A DNA stretch of 64,000 nucleotides from Raillietiella orientalis (GCA_036172245.1 JAYWIR010000005.1:1674001-1738000); one strand, 5' to 3'. Shown: positions 35,680 to 48,821, numbered from the stretch's first letter. A program made the numbers and translations. Notes: generated from the sequence alone by a model not told the origin.

Positions 35680-37996
35680 GCCGCCGCCCGCAATCTCAAG
35701 CGCGGCGGCAAGCCGAGCTGTCTCTGGCGGGGGAGGGGGGGGGAAGTGACCTCGCCATGCAGGCATCCCCGAGGCCGCCTTCGTCGTCGCCTTCGCTCCC
35801 ACCTCCTCCCCCCCTTCCCCCTCGCCCTTGCGGTATCGCTTGCGCGACCGCAGGGATGACCCGAGCGGGCCGGTGGGCCGGCCACATTCCTCGCGGCTTC
35901 CCGCCGCATCCAGACGTTCGGAGGGAGCCCGTGACGGCGCAGCGGGAGTGGGTCTCTCCGGAGAGCTTGGTGATTTCCCCCTCGTCGCATTTCCATTGGC
36001 TTCATTTGTCTTCGTTTCCAAGGAAACGTTCCGAGAGGAATGATTGCGTGTTTGGATAAAGGTGATGGATGGGCACCGCGGGAGGCTGACGCGCAGGACC
36101 GCTTTCCACCGAATCATCTGATGTGTGATGCGGAATTAAATGCATCAATAACAATGCAGATGGACGGCGGCGCCCTCGTCCGCGAGGACCGAAGACACGC
36201 ATCCGCTCCCCCCCCCTCCCTGCCCTCGCGCGCGGGAACGAGAAGACACGCGGCGGCGGCGGCCAAAGGAGGACGGTGCTCGAGGTGGGGTGTGAGGCGA
36301 CTTAGGCGGCGCCACCGAGCACGGCGCGTGGGTAGTCCGTTCCCTCCCCACGCGCTTTCCCCGCGTGCGCTCCTTGGCGAGGAGGAGGGGGAGATTTCCG
36401 GACCGGAAGCGCACCTTGTCCCCGCCTTCTCGCTCCTCCCGGAGCACCTCGGAAAGGCCGGCCAGGATGGGGGACACTCCTTTCTTGCCTGGAGGGGGCA
36501 GAACGCTGGGACCTACACGAGGAAGCGGCGGAGCGCGCTGTGCTGCTTGGCAACCCTGCCTCGCGGGGAAGGGGTCCCCCCCCTCTCCTCGGAACCAGTG
36601 CGGCGTCGCCGCAGGGACTCGGCGGGACCCCACGATGACGTCGTCCGCGGACGAGTACTCCCCCACCCATGGCGTGGCAGAGGACGCGGGGGCAGTCCCG
36701 CAAGGAAATTCCTCGGCCCCTGAAGACCGCAACCGCAGCGAGATACTTTGGAGATGACCAGTCCTTCCGGTAGCCCCCTCCCCCGTCTTTCAGAGTCCAC
36801 TGAGCGACATGCGACCGGTCGCGCGCGGGGCGGCTCCGCGTCTGAGTGCGCCGGCGTCGGAGTCTCCCCAAATCCCAGGTGGTGCCTCAGGGCGTTCGGG
36901 ATCAGGCCTGCGGAAATCGCCCACGGGGGCGAGTTCGCACCTTCGCATGAAGTGGTCCCTCGCGTCACGCGAGGGGGCGGTTGCTGGCGTTCTGACTGGA
37001 TGTTGTCGTCCTACCCGCACACGAGGAGGGAGATCCCCGCTTGCCCTGAGAGTCGCCAAGGTTGTCGGCTGCTGCGCTCTCTTCCCGGCGGAGACCCCTT
37101 CAGTATTTCGGGGAAATCTTCCCAGAGCTCGTGGAAGTCCGGGTCGGCGCGGCGCGGGAAGGGCATTCCCGGATAAAGGGGCTTCCCATGTCCCTCCTGC
37201 AGGGGTTCCTGGTTCTCGTGAAGGACAACGCTCGTGAATGCGCGAATGGATTCACTCAAGCGGGGGGAGGGTGACTACCTTCCGCCAAGCTCCACGTTTC
37301 TCCGGTGAGCCGACCGCGGCAGCGCCCGAGGGCAGGCCGGGTGCCGGTTCGTCAGCCCAGGTTCCGACCCGCGGCCCGGCAGCTCAGCGAAGAACCTCTC
37401 CGGGAAAGGGGAGGGGAGGGGGGAGGAAGGCACGGGCTCCAAACAAGCGGTCCGGAAGAGTGACCAACCCGTGGCCTCCCGTCCGAGATTCCTTCGGGAT
37501 GACCTTCATTCGCTTCGCGCCTATCAAAAGCTGTCCCTACGGAAGAAGGGGACGGGGCGGGCAAGGACGATCTTCCAGGCGATTCGGGAGCCCCTCCGCG
37601 TTGCATGACCTGCAGCGCGAAACCAACGAGCAGTTGAAATGGCCGCCGCCTCGCGCGGAGTCCCACGCGTTCCTCGGACCGCCGCTCTTCCGACATCGAG
37701 CTGAGTGGCGGGAGTCCCGGTCACGCCGTTGCGGAAGATCCCCAGCTCCGCGAGCGCCGGCATCGCGGTAGACGGGAAGCTTTCCCGTTGTCCTCCTGTC
37801 CGACGGTCAAGATGTGGCTCCAGAGCGCCAGCGGCTCTGCGCGCGCGCAAGGCGACCCCTCCTCGCGTTCCCGTCGTCTCGAGCGTCTCTGTCACCGATG
37901 TTCGCTCCTTCGACTGCCATCAAGCTGTCAGGGAAGCAGGGAGGGGGCGCACGGCTGTCGCTCGGGCGCGCTTTGTTCCCCCCTTTTTATTAGAGG

Positions 37997-38028
<32 letters not shown>

Positions 38029-38450
38029 CAGCCAGAAAGATGGCAGCCATTTTATGGTCCTGGAGTGCCTGTTGTGTGCTCAGGCACATTTGCATTGTGC
38101 GGCTGGAGAGAACAATAAATATTTATCTTCCTGGATTGCGCCTCCAGGAGGCCGGAGAGATCGCCAAGCTCAGCGAAGTTACAGGGAGCCGTCCGTCGAA
38201 ATGGGCGCCGAGGCGCGCCAGCTTCACCTGCGGGCCTCCTCTTCCCACGCGATCCCGGAGTTTGCCATGCCCCTGGGCGATTGAGGAGCGGGCCCTTCGC
38301 CGCGGTGGACGCGCGCGCCTCCTCGGATTGTCGACGGGACGCCACCCCTGACCACCACCGCCACACTCGGACCGCGGCATCGAACCCCGGTCTCGGTCGG
38401 CTCGTCAGAAGACGGGTGTCGGCTCCCCATCCATCACCCCGGGAGAACGA
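35680..38450 (-). mobile_element. Decayed Ty3/gypsy relic (gag, protease, RT, RNase H)
   Basis: gag VVRGGVPSTIR (38224..38430); protease RPFQLLVGFA (37352..37696); FHELWEDFPEIL (37011..37259); RGTT..SPPWA..ISKV (36513..36968); FPCG..SADDVIVGS..DKVRF (36145..36732); PERPTPAAPSRA..RYRKG (35278..36117). Confidence 0.62.
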
Positions 38451-38699
38451 CCTAGGAACCGACGCTCATATCAGGCACGAAAATCCCTCCCGCGCGGCAA
38501 CGACTCTCTCCTCCGGAGTACAGGAGCCGCGTGCCCTCAGGCTTTCTCAAGAAACCGAGTCGGCGCAAGAATACCACACGAGGAGCGAGGAGGAAGGAAA
38601 CCCAGGAGCGGACCTGGGCTGACATTCGCACATGGCCGTCCGTGTATACTGTTTTTTTTTTTTTTTCTCTACGAAAACCTGCATTACATTAACATGGCC

Positions 38700-39610
38700 A
38701 CATACAAACCTGGTTGGCAAACGCTGGCCATACGTCGCGCAGCTTTATTGTAAGCTGCCATAAACGGGAAATAATCGTGAAAGTACATACTCGAAATACA
38801 AAGCGGATCGAAAAGCACACACACACAGAGGCAGACAGACACACATTACGTATGCACGCAGATAGGGGGGGCACATCTGACGGAGGCACTTTGCTAGGGA
38901 CGATCACGCGTCTAGGAGGGCGGCCATGTTTTACCAAAGTTACGAGACACGAGGCAGCAGGCTTGACTGGTGCGGTTTACAGTGTTGCCAGATGTTTCCA
39001 GCAAAATACTACACACCGAACAAAGTTGTTCATCGCGCATCTGCACACAGCTCGTAAACTCAATTTCTAAACAATCATTACACTCCATGTATTGTATACA
39101 GACAATATACACGTGCGCATCCATTTCTGCGCGTTGCATATCTATTTTAATGGAGCAGCGTATCAGCATGACCACAGTGAATAAATAAAGGGAACAAAAT
39201 TTGGAAACGCTTACAAATAGAGCTTTAATTTCATTGCAGGTACACGAATAAAGGTCAGTGGATGTTTCCGATGTGTGATGCGTGAGGTTCTCGAGACGGA
39301 GCACTTGCAGGCAAGCATGTAGAGCTGCAAGGCATTGGAAAGCGACCATTGCAATAGCAATTGATAAAAGACATGCCCAAGGCTTTAGTAATCAGTCAGT
39401 CTTGCATCCAGCACCTGATTCCCAATTGGAAGCAGGGAAGATTTCCATCAGGCTGACGGCCGTTTAGGGTCACCATGCTTCAACAATCCCAGGCATTCGT
39501 GACTCTCGCTGTCATTCCCACTGACTTGGTAAATTTCAACAGGGCCGTCTTCACTCTGCAACAGAACACTCGGCCTGGTTTGCTCCGCAAACATCATGCT
39601 ATCCGTTGCA
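38700..39610 (+). mobile_element. Decayed Ty3/gypsy relic (RNase H to IN zinc region), AT-rich
   Basis: AAGLTGAVY (38714..39070); downstream FCALHIYFNGAAYQHDH (F+xY+xG..TDH); LAVIPTDL..RPGLLRK (39475..39693). Confidence 0.45.
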
Positions 39611-39654
39611 CTGCTGCTGCCGCCGTCGCCGCCACCGCGGCCGCCGCCGCAGTC

Positions 39655-41900
39655 CTTGGACGAGAGCGGCGGCAGCGTGCGGTTTCTGCATGATCTCCGG
39701 TACCAGCGGACATGCTTCTCGGCGGTCGATCTTCAGACGAACATGCTGCATTCCTGCGCCAGGCATCTCACGATGATCGCCGTTCCCACGTCGTCCTCCC
39801 GAGGGTTCGACGCCGCAGAGAGCAAGGACGCCGAGAGCCTGCGTTTTCGCACCTGCTCGAGCTGCGTGGCGACGAAAGGCCGCCGGAGGACTGCTGCTAG
39901 GAGGGTGGTCCGCGCAGCAGACGCTCACCCAAGCGCCGCCACCCTCGACATGGTGCTGCTAGGGCTGCATCCCTTCGGTTCGATCGCTACACGGCGAGAA
40001 GGGAAATTTCTGGCAGCCCGGATGGAGGTTCCGGGCTGCTGGGCTGCTTTCCTCATCTCTCGGGCCGGGTGCGATGCAGCGATGCCAGAGATGCCATTCT
40101 CCCTTACCGGTAGGCTCCAGCTGGAGGATTCTGGAAGAGCGTTTTAAGGAGATCTACCGCGTTTCGGAAACGGGACAAGAATTCCCCCTTCCCGTTCCTC
40201 TTCTCTTGAATGAAAGGGAGGCGTCTCTCGGAGGCTGTCCCAGGGAGACGCCAGGAAGAAATCCGTCCGCTCTATTAGAGAGGGAATTGGTTCCTCCACC
40301 ACCCCCTGTTGAGAGCGTGGTCTCCAGACTTCCGTCAGCGCAAGAGGAGAGGGTATGTGCGGCGGGTGGAGGCATTCCCGTGGCCGGTGCGGGACATCCA
40401 GCTGCTGGAGCGCAGCGCGCCGACGGGTGACGTGCAGCCAGGGTTAAGTGGGAACAGGCGGCGTCGCAGGAATCCAGCACCACCACATCCGCTTTGTTTT
40501 CCAGTTGCTGCCCTCGCTGCACGGAGACGGTCTGATGAAGGCCGGGGACCTCATTAAGAGCTCACACAAGAGGACGGGCGATCGCTTGCTCTCTTTTCCT
40601 TCCTCGCCTGCTCCGGACGAGCCATAGAGAACGGGGAGGCTGGATTCAATGAGAAGAGGGGGGCGCAGAGAGAGAGTTGCAGCAGCGGACGATCCCTATC
40701 TCGCGGCAGTGTCAGCCGTGCTTTCCTCCTTCGTCAAGATCGCCAGCTCTGAGCTGGGACCGAGGAGGAGAATCGAGTCGGACTGCACCGCTTGGCTCTT
40801 TGGCAGATGAATGCGGAGGGAAGAGAAGGGGGAGGGAAGGTGCAGTGTCGCGCTGCTCCACATTCGCGAAGCCGTCGGATCGCGCGGAGGCGGCGCGAGA
40901 GAGTGTTCGCCTGGAAGTCCGCGAAGGGCTGCTCCCCATCTGGAACGGGACGCTGAACGACGGGACGCCCGGCGCGCCTTCTCCGGGCAGCAGCTGCGAG
41001 GCTGGCAGAGGCGCGCGCACCTCTCTCGAGCTCCCTTCGAAGTCTACCCTTCGCTCCTCCCCTACTCCGCGCGTCCGCGTGCGCTTCCTGCCTGGAAGTC
41101 GCGATCCTCATCCCGTGCCCATGCTGTTTCCAGCGTCGGCGCCGGAATAGGACTGCTTCTTTTTCGACAGCGCTTTTCGCGCGCAAGGGCAACGTTACAA
41201 CCGAGGCGGAGTGCGGAAGCGGAGACGCGACACCGTCTCCAGCTGGAAACTTTCGACAACGTCGGTTCGGGTCGGCGCCTGCCCGAAGGATGCACAGACA
41301 GAAGAAAAACGCTGCTGCTTCGCCATGGTTTCAACCGTGCGCGCGCTGATGACTCACCTGGAGGGCCGCTGATGCCCCCTGAGCGCCTCCATCGGGGGCC
41401 CAGGCGATGCCGGGCGGAGTGCTTCCCTACGACCGCTTTCTCCCGTGTTCCCCCTCCCCCCCCTTTTCCTCCGTCCGCCGAATAGGCTGTCCTCTCTCAT
41501 CTTAGGTTCTCACACGTGTGTGCCTCCTGCGTGTACCCATCCCTCCTTCTATCGCCTGACCTTTATGCTCTTCTCAGTTGCTTATTAATGCCTTAATAAA
41601 ATATGCGATAAAACGTACTTCGCCAGCCTCTTCTACCTTATGCAGGAATAATATGAGCGCGTGGCGGCGTGATGCAGGAGGGCTGGTGAGGGATGCCTGG
41701 GAGAGATGCAAGCACGGGGAATTTCGGAATTTCCTCTTCTTCTTTCTCCTGCTCGCAGTGTCGCGTTTCTCACTAAGCTGGATCCCCTCCCTGCCCTCCC
41801 GAAAAGGCTTCGACGCGTCGGAACACCGATCGACGTTCCGTCGCTCCACCTTCATGACAGCCACGGATCGCGACGAGGAATGGGCAAAAGCATCGTCATC
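39655..41900 (+). mobile_element. Decayed Ty3/gypsy pol (RT, RNase H, integrase)
   Basis: GGSVRFLHDLR..CFSAVDLQT..ARHLT..LDMVLLGLHPFG..EGKFLAARMEVPG..AAMPEMP (39596..40147); ALLERELVPPP..GHPAAGAQRA (40074..40430); RLEVREGLL (40677..41150); LLLFRQRFSR..AEAET..LPEGCTDR (40811..41485). Confidence 0.7.
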
Positions 41901-42369
41901 ACTCTCTTCGTGCCCTGCTGGTGGACGCGGGTGCCATCGTGGAGGCCGAAGTCGAGGCGCAGCACGCAAGCCTTTCGTTCGGAATTCCTTTATTTCTTTT
42001 ATTTTTACGGATGCCCCCCCCCCCCAAAAAAAAAAAAAAAAAAAATTGCTCAGTAACGAAATGCGCGCTTTACGTGATTAAGAAAACCTTCGTTTTGCAA
42101 GAGCGGGGAAGGTTCCGGTGGTTAAGTATCACATCAAGTGACGTTGAAGTTGCCGAATCATTAAAATGCTAATCAAAATCCACACAATGAAAAAAAACCG
42201 AAGAAAAAGGAAAAAAATGAGGATACGATGTGAATTTTCATTTGCTCTTTCATAATCTACAAGGCTATTTATCTAACGTCATGGCAGCAGTTACAAATGA
42301 TAATGGATGATAACTATCAATCATAAGGAACCTGTCACTGCTGTGCTCATAAATGTGATAATTAACGCG

Positions 42370-44720
42370 TTTGAACTGCAGGAAAGAGAATCAGGGGGTA
42401 GGCGTGAGTTCTGCGTCTCTTCGATGCGCATTCCACAGCTCCTGGCCTGACATCTACCGTTTAACTTGTAAAGTGATCTCTGCGGTTCTCTCCCGCCCAC
42501 TCCCTTCCCTCGTATTCAGCCTGCTCGGCCTGCCTGTTGAAAAAGCTCCCCGTTTTTTGCTTCGGTTGCACGCACATACGCATGCATATGTGCACTTTCA
42601 TCCTGACGCCATGAAGTCTGTCAGGCATCTTCGCCTCGAGGAAGAAGTATCTTTGTCTCAAGAGGAACTGTGGACCTCTGTGAGGGCTGTCGGTTGATCT
42701 CTAGAAGTCATCGGAATCAATGCAATGCGGTTAGGTCCAATGCCGACCGATTTCGCTGCTGTTTCTCCACGTGCCGGCACTTCGATTCCAGTCGACGGAG
42801 CAGCCGTTAGCTCTCCTCCGCATCCATAGATGGCAGGGGATGCCCGAGTCCAAAAAGCAACCAACGCAAAAATTTTGCTCCATGTGCTGCGTCAACGAAA
42901 CGCTTCCGGTACGGCGATGGACGCGAGATCTCCTCCTCCTCCTCCTCCTCCTCCCCGCGACGGATTCCTAGCCGAAGGACTGCAAACACGAAACGCGCGT
43001 TCGGATGTTTATGTGTGCATGCCGTGTGTATGAGGACACGCACACGTGCATACCGACGTCTGCTTGGGCGAAAGCGGATCCCAATCGGAAGCGAGGAATA
43101 CGCCCCGGCCTCAACTTGCGCCATCACTTTCTCATAAATAAAAAAACGCCGATTTCAACACATGAAGTGGGGAAGCTGCAGTGCTAGCATCTGCGGAGAT
43201 GAATGCAAATGAATCCACGGGTAGAGGAAAATTGCCATGCAAATCAATGCGGTTCGCTGAGGGAAGAAAAATCTTTTATTGTTAATGGTGACGGGAGGAT
43301 GAGATGCTTTATGGATGGCAGCAGCCTTGTTTATTGGCACGACGCCAGGGAAGAAGAAAAATCGCTGCTGCGGTCGCCCCTGCCGGAATGTCAATGCCGC
43401 GTTTCGCTAGGGGCGTCGCGCGAGTGGGACAAGCGATAGGTCTGCTCTCCCTTCGCCTATCCGGTTTCCCATTACACCAACCGGAGCTCCTCTGGAAGTG
43501 AACCGGTGGCTGGCGTATGGAGCCCAAGAGTCGTCTTAGGGGACAGCCCGTTCTGAAGCATGCGCTGTCCATTCGGAAGAACGTCCACCGGACGGGCCGA
43601 AGAATAAACCCTCTGCTGCCAAGACGGGGACATCGAGGTCAGCGGATTGAGGTCATAGTGGAAGCTGGGTCCGAAGCATCCGGTTTCTGGGCGTCACCTG
43701 TTTGCTGTAAGACCGGGGTGCCAGGAGCGACTCGTGTGTGACGGAAGCGGCTCGACCCACCATGAGGCGAAGCTCTCGTTCGTGCCTCTGCGAGTACTGG
43801 TGATCGTAAGAGCAAGCATGCACAAGCCTGCCTACCGCCCCGGATATCCAGAGCATGACCTCTGATGCGTCCCTACTTCTCCAAGGTGATGTTCATGAGG
43901 TACCGTTGCAAGGAGGGGGAAAGAAGAAAAGAGGGAAAGTCCCATGCTGGCGTCCTTCCTCCAGACGGTGAGAGCGGACAGACGTCACCGAGCGAGCAAT
44001 AGGATGAGAGGTGCATTCCCCACCTGTCCTGCGGGTACGCCTGCTCAGGTCCCAACCATGTCGCCTTTAGAGGGACTCTTCAGCGTCACTTACGGCGCGT
44101 GCAAAGTAGGGCCTCTAGATAGGCTATGAATAGCCTCGCTCGCTCTCTCGACAAGTCTCGTCACCATTGTTGATGCGCGCACCATTGTTGACGAACGTCT
44201 TTAAATAGATGGGATGGACTCCAGTCAGGAGCGTGCTCTCCTGGTGCTCCTTTCAGAATCATGGGAGAAGGATCGTGGGAGTTTTCATCAATGCACGACG
44301 TCAACACAACCCATTCCAGTCAAATACCGCATCATGATTCGCGTTACACGACCCACAGTGCGCCTTAATGGGTTGACAATTACTTCGCTTCCTACCGAAA
44401 TTGGAGGATTATCAGAGAATGCCTCTCGAGATGCAGCAGCCCATTTGAACCTTTGCATGGGGACGCTGCTTTAGAGGAATGAAGCATCAGGACGTCGGAG
44501 CAGGAAAGGTCACCTCACTCCTTTCTTGGCAGGCGCTCCTGAGTGGCGGCGAATGTGTTACGATCGTCGTCTTCGAAGCGGGGAGGCGGGCTGAAGAGAA
44601 CGCCAAGAGGTGGCCGGCGCTGGAATTCGTAGCTTCGAGCTCCCCGGAAACCTTAAAAAGATCCGCAGCAGAGGTGGGAAACTTTGCGAACCATTACTGC
44701 CGACCACGTTCCCAGGATGG
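42370..44720 (+). mobile_element. Decayed Ty3/gypsy pol (RT, RNase H, integrase)
   Basis: ENQGVGVSSAS..RPLPSL (42371..42697); AKILLHVLRQRN..AEGLQT (42830..43033); CHANQCG..GDGRMR (43203..43439); RGQPVLKHALSIR (43517..43741); TYGACKVGPLDR (43944..44129); ERALLVLL (44214..44474); GECVTI..KRWPA (44479..44724). Confidence 0.65.
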
Positions 44721-45349
44721 CTGATGGGAAACTCGCGGCTCACCTCCCCCTGGGTGCGTCCTCGATGAAGCTCTCCGTGCCGCCCGCAAAAACCGAGGGC
44801 ACATGTTGACCTCATCTTCTCGAACGAACTGAGGTCAACTCCCACGTGCACGAGTGGATTGGGTGTTTCGCAAGTGCAACTTTGAAAAGAAAAAAAAGAA
44901 AAAAAAAGCAAACAAAAGAAAAAAAAAAAACACGTGCATCTTAATCGTGAATCCGGGAAGTGACGTGAAAAATGACCCGACATCGGGGAATCCCAGAGGA
45001 TGGAGTCAGACGAAGGTCCTTCAGGGAGATTCCCATTCAAAGAAGGAATCTTTCGCCAGAGCCGTCGTTCGTGCCTGCTCTCGAATGGCCGGCTCCAGAC
45101 TGACGGAGAGCGAACATTTCGCGAAGTGGGAAGTCGACCGGACGCAGCGGCTGTAATCCCTGCTTTCTGAAGGTTGGAAACGTCCTGGAAGATGGCAAAG
45201 AAGGTGGCAACGGTGGTTTGGGATGAAAAGATCGCCGCTCTTCCACAGCAGCTGCAGGAATGATGACTTCAGACAATGAAGCTGAGGGGACACCTCGAGC
45301 GCTCGCACCATCATTCTGGTGAGCAATGGTGCGAAGCGACCTCTCCCAG

Positions 45350-47520
45350 ATGAGCCTTGAATTCATTCGTCTGGTTGCCAGAGGTGTCGGAATGACTAAC
45401 TGCGCAGAGTCTGCTGCTACAACCGAAGATGAAGGCGAACAATCTTTGATCCTGTGAGAAGTCGGATGAGGAGCTCAAGATCCTTAAATGCAGAACCACA
45501 GGAGAGGAGGGTATTGGAACCCTGCGAGGGTTTCAAGGTGAGAAGTGACGCCGCTTCACTCGTAAGAGAAGCGTTAGAGACGGTGTAACTGAAGACAAAC
45601 TCACCATGAGCCAATCAAAGTGCAGCAGCTGAGGAAAAGGGATTCTGGCAGGACAAGGTGAGATACGCGAGCTGACTGGATTGCACTGGATTCCAGATGC
45701 ATGGAAGTAGGGAAGAGGAACGAAGAAATCATGGAAACCGGAAGTGTTCCTCCTGCAAAATCGAGCTAGTGAACTTTGGAAGACCACTCTGAAGGACTCT
45801 CGGACTTTCGTAACGAGCTGAAAGCTCCTGGAAAGGACACTTCTAAAAGAGAGAGAGAAAATGAGCGGAATCGCAAAGACCGGAAGCAGACCCTTCTGCG
45901 AAGAATGAAGATGATCCAAGAGATGACAAAAAGGGGAATATAGAAGGGGAAGGACACCCCATTCAAAAGTCGAGAGATACGATCTACCTCTCCTGGTAAA
46001 CCAGTCGGGGCAAATCGCTTCACAAAAGCCCTTTTGTTCCAATCCGGAGCCGGGAAAATACAGATCGGCTTCGGAATCTCATCTCAGGCGGAACGGATGC
46101 ACGAAAGTGCTGCTGATCAGTGCCGTCAGCATGCGAGGGTCTCCGCGAAGGCAATCCGCGAACAGCGACAAAATGTAGGTATCCTGTTGTTACATCCAGG
46201 CTCCTTAGACACCAAGTGGCTTCTCAAGCTGCTGACGGTTCATTTCTGAAGATTCGTGCTTGCCACGGTCCCCACGACTGCAGGGCCGCTGTTGAAATTA
46301 TCTATGCACCTGTTGGCGACCTTTGACCACCATTCCTCCGAGTTCCTTCGCAACGACAGGAGAGCACTCGCCTCGAGTCGTCGTGAGGACGGGAAGAAAT
46401 TTATATTCGATCCCGTTTAGGGCGCAATCGGAAGCTTCTCTCCCACTGGAGTTTCAGAACTGGATCAGCCTCCCTCGACTATGGCACTGCCCTTGCTCAG
46501 GGATGCTCTGTCAGAAGAAAAAAAAAATTGGAAGATGTACTTTGAGTTCTCCTTCGAAAACATAGAAGGTGAGGTCAACGCAAGCGCTTTGCTTTCACAT
46601 TTTGCTTTCTGGTCTTCCCAACATTTGCCTCCAGCAGTCCGCTGTTAGAGTTTGGGACTCATCGCTAACAAGCCTAATACAAATTTCCTCCTACCCTACT
46701 ACACCCAATTTACATAAAGAAGGAATCAAATTTTTCGGAGCGAAAAGTTATTTAGAAAGAAATTATTAGCACATAACAAATCGAACTCATTTGAAAATAC
46801 CATTCTTGTTCTTTCAGTTGTCTGCTGGTCTCTTTCAGTTGGAGGAGAAAGCAATTAAAAAAGATATACCGCAAGTAATTTTCGTCGCTTCACCGTGCCT
46901 GCATCGCAGGGGCAGAATAGAGGAAATAACGAAGGGAGGAGCAGAACCAGGAAAGAGGCACAAAATGGGAGGTCATTCATCAGAGCTGATTAAGAGCACA
47001 TTGTTAGAGGAAGACTCGCTTACATAGAAAAATACGCATTTAGAGGAAATGGTATGCTATCATTTGTTCCCTCCTGGTTCTCCAGGAGAAAAAAAAAAAA
47101 AAAATCAGCAGTAATGATCTGAGATGTAAGGTTTGCATCGCATCGTAGGTTCCAAGTTGGAACGGCAAAAGAAGGACTCTTGCGGGAAAAAGTGAGATCA
47201 CCGGAGGAAATGGGAACGCAAGGTTGTCATTAGGAAGACGGCCGGCACGACCATTCGGGGTTTTCGCTCGTTTGTTCCTACATTTTGCAAACTACTGCAC
47301 AGCGAAAGGGTTCACCGGGTTTCACCGCTTCGATTCTGGAAACAACAGGAAAAAGTCGCCGGAGACGGCTTCAATGGTGGTGGTGGGGAGGGGAGGCCAA
47401 GAAAGGAGATGCAGGCCAAGAAACTGCGCGCCTGAGGCGCAAGTTCAGCAAGTGGACGAAAGTCTTCAGGTTTCTCCCATGATGTGATGTTTACCTCTGA
47501 AAACAAACAACCTGCGTACT
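45350..47520 (+). mobile_element. Decayed Ty3/gypsy relic (gag, protease, RT, RNase H)
   Basis: gag-like SLNAEPQERRVLE near 45480; protease MHESAAD..LSMHLL (46034..46249 onward); RT VRVWDSSLTSLIQISSYPTTPNL..GAKSY (46569..46769), SAGLFQ (46791..47027); RNase H LFLHFANYCTAKG (47224..47487). Confidence 0.55.
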
Positions 47521-47569
47521 CGCGCTCACTAAAATTAGGCACCGCTGTTGAGTTTTCTTTCCCCCCTTT

Positions 47570-48140
47570 TTTTCGTTCTCTTCACCACCTACAATCAATT
47601 ACCATCCATCCCCACTGACGGAAATAAATCACGTGCTGCATTCCCTCCTTTCCACTCTTGCGTACTCACCTTCCGTGCAAAGATCACTAACCCGTTTGAC
47701 AGATATCCGCGAGAGCTGTCGCCATTCATTCACTTCAGCCCGGGCCTTCACTGCATTTCTTTTCCTCTTTCTTTTTAACCCGCTTCGTTTCCTTGTCGTT
47801 TAGTCAAACACCGAGCGCCCTGCTTTGGGTGGAATGCACAGAGAGGATCGGCTGCAGACCTGAATTATTTGCAGTTAGGCCGGTGTGCCCCGGTGGGACC
47901 TAAGGGACCTAAGAGACCTAAGGCTCGGTAAGGGTGAGAGAGGACTTGCAGTTTAAGAAAGAACGCTTTTCACGCAGTGGCTCTCCCACCCACGAAAGGG
48001 ATCGCCGGTGCCGCGTTCCGGTGCGAAGGCAAGAAAAGCCCGACGGCGGCAAACTGGACCACCGCAAGGCACTGACCGTCGCAAAAGCTCTTCTTCTTTC
48101 ATCCATCGAAAGCCGTCCCTGAAGGCGCGACTCTGCAGCG
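47570..48140 (-). mobile_element. Merlin/ISXO2-like (IS1595 superfamily) DNA transposase relic
   Basis: FRWMKEEELLRRSVPCGGPVCRRRAFL..GDPFRGWESHCVKSVLS (ORF 47953..48498) resembles the N-terminal zinc ribbon (W+..GLL...C..C...M.L...D.+.W.C..C...SIR); REKRSFLNCKSSLTL (47918..48106); CSEGPG*SE (IGGPG.VE+DE) and SLHGR follow, with stops. Confidence 0.45.
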
Positions 48141-48581
48141 ACGGTGCCTCAGTGGGAAAAGCCTCCCCCATCCAGAGCTGAATACAGGAGGCGTGCCCTC
48201 TGCGTGGGTCTGCGGAATTTTTGTCCTTTTTCCGTGGTCCAGTAGCAGTTCCACGGGAGGAGGAGCATGAAACGGCCTCATCGGGGACCCGTTCCCCTCC
48301 CCCCCCCCAATCCTCGGATGCCCTCTTTGGTGGTAGCTGCTGCCACGGCCGGCCGTGCGCCCCCCCTCCCTCTCCCCTCAATCTGACCGGGATGCTTGCT
48401 CCGGCCCCCACGATGCCGCTGCCGCGGTGTCCTGGAGCAACGGAGCGTTGCATGCCAACGCAGAGTTCCGTCGAAGTATTGATTTCACACACACACACAC
48501 ATCTGGAGCGGCTCGGTGTCGCCTAGAAGCCATGTTTTAGAAAGTTGACACCAAGTGTTGTGTGTGTCCAGCGAGTGCCAG

Positions 48582-48588
48582 GCCATGG
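48582..48588 (+). promoter_or_regulatory. Kozak-type translation start context
   Basis: GCCATGG at the Sac2 initiator codon. Confidence 0.7.
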
Positions 48589-48681
48589 AAATTCTCAGCT
48601 CCCCAGATTACTACCTGTTCAAACGAAACGGTGAGACGCTGTGGTGCAGCAAGGAGACCGGAAGCTTCAACGTCGGCAAAG
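48585..48681 (+). CDS. INPP5F: Sac2/INPP5F phosphoinositide phosphatase, coding exon 1
   Basis: GCCATGG start; MEILSSPDYYLFKRNGETLWCSKETGSFNVGK resembles the recalled INPP5F N-terminus (MELFQAKDHYILQQGERALWCSR); donor G|GTAAAC, phase 1; 56-nt intron follows. Confidence 0.9.
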
Positions 48682-48737
48682 GTAAACAACGGTGGTGGAA
48701 TGAAACAAGAACTTGCACTGGTTCTGTTGTGCCCTAG

Positions 48738-48821
48738 GGCTCCCCCCCAGTGAAGGTTTGCAAAATTCCGTGCATCTGGGGATCGTCTATGGAATCATAG
48801 GAAAAGTAAGACTACATTCTG
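48738..48821 (+). CDS. INPP5F: Sac2/INPP5F coding exon 2
   Basis: Acceptor CCCTAG|; in phase gives GLPPSEGLQNSVHLGIVYGIIGKVRLHS, matching LGLVEGVIGKIQLHS; donor G|GTATG. Confidence 0.88.

Noticed and set aside
47895..47923. Telomere-like repeat, (TTAGGTC(C/T)C)x3 on the minus strand
   Set aside because: Only three 9-nt units; indistinguishable from local slippage.
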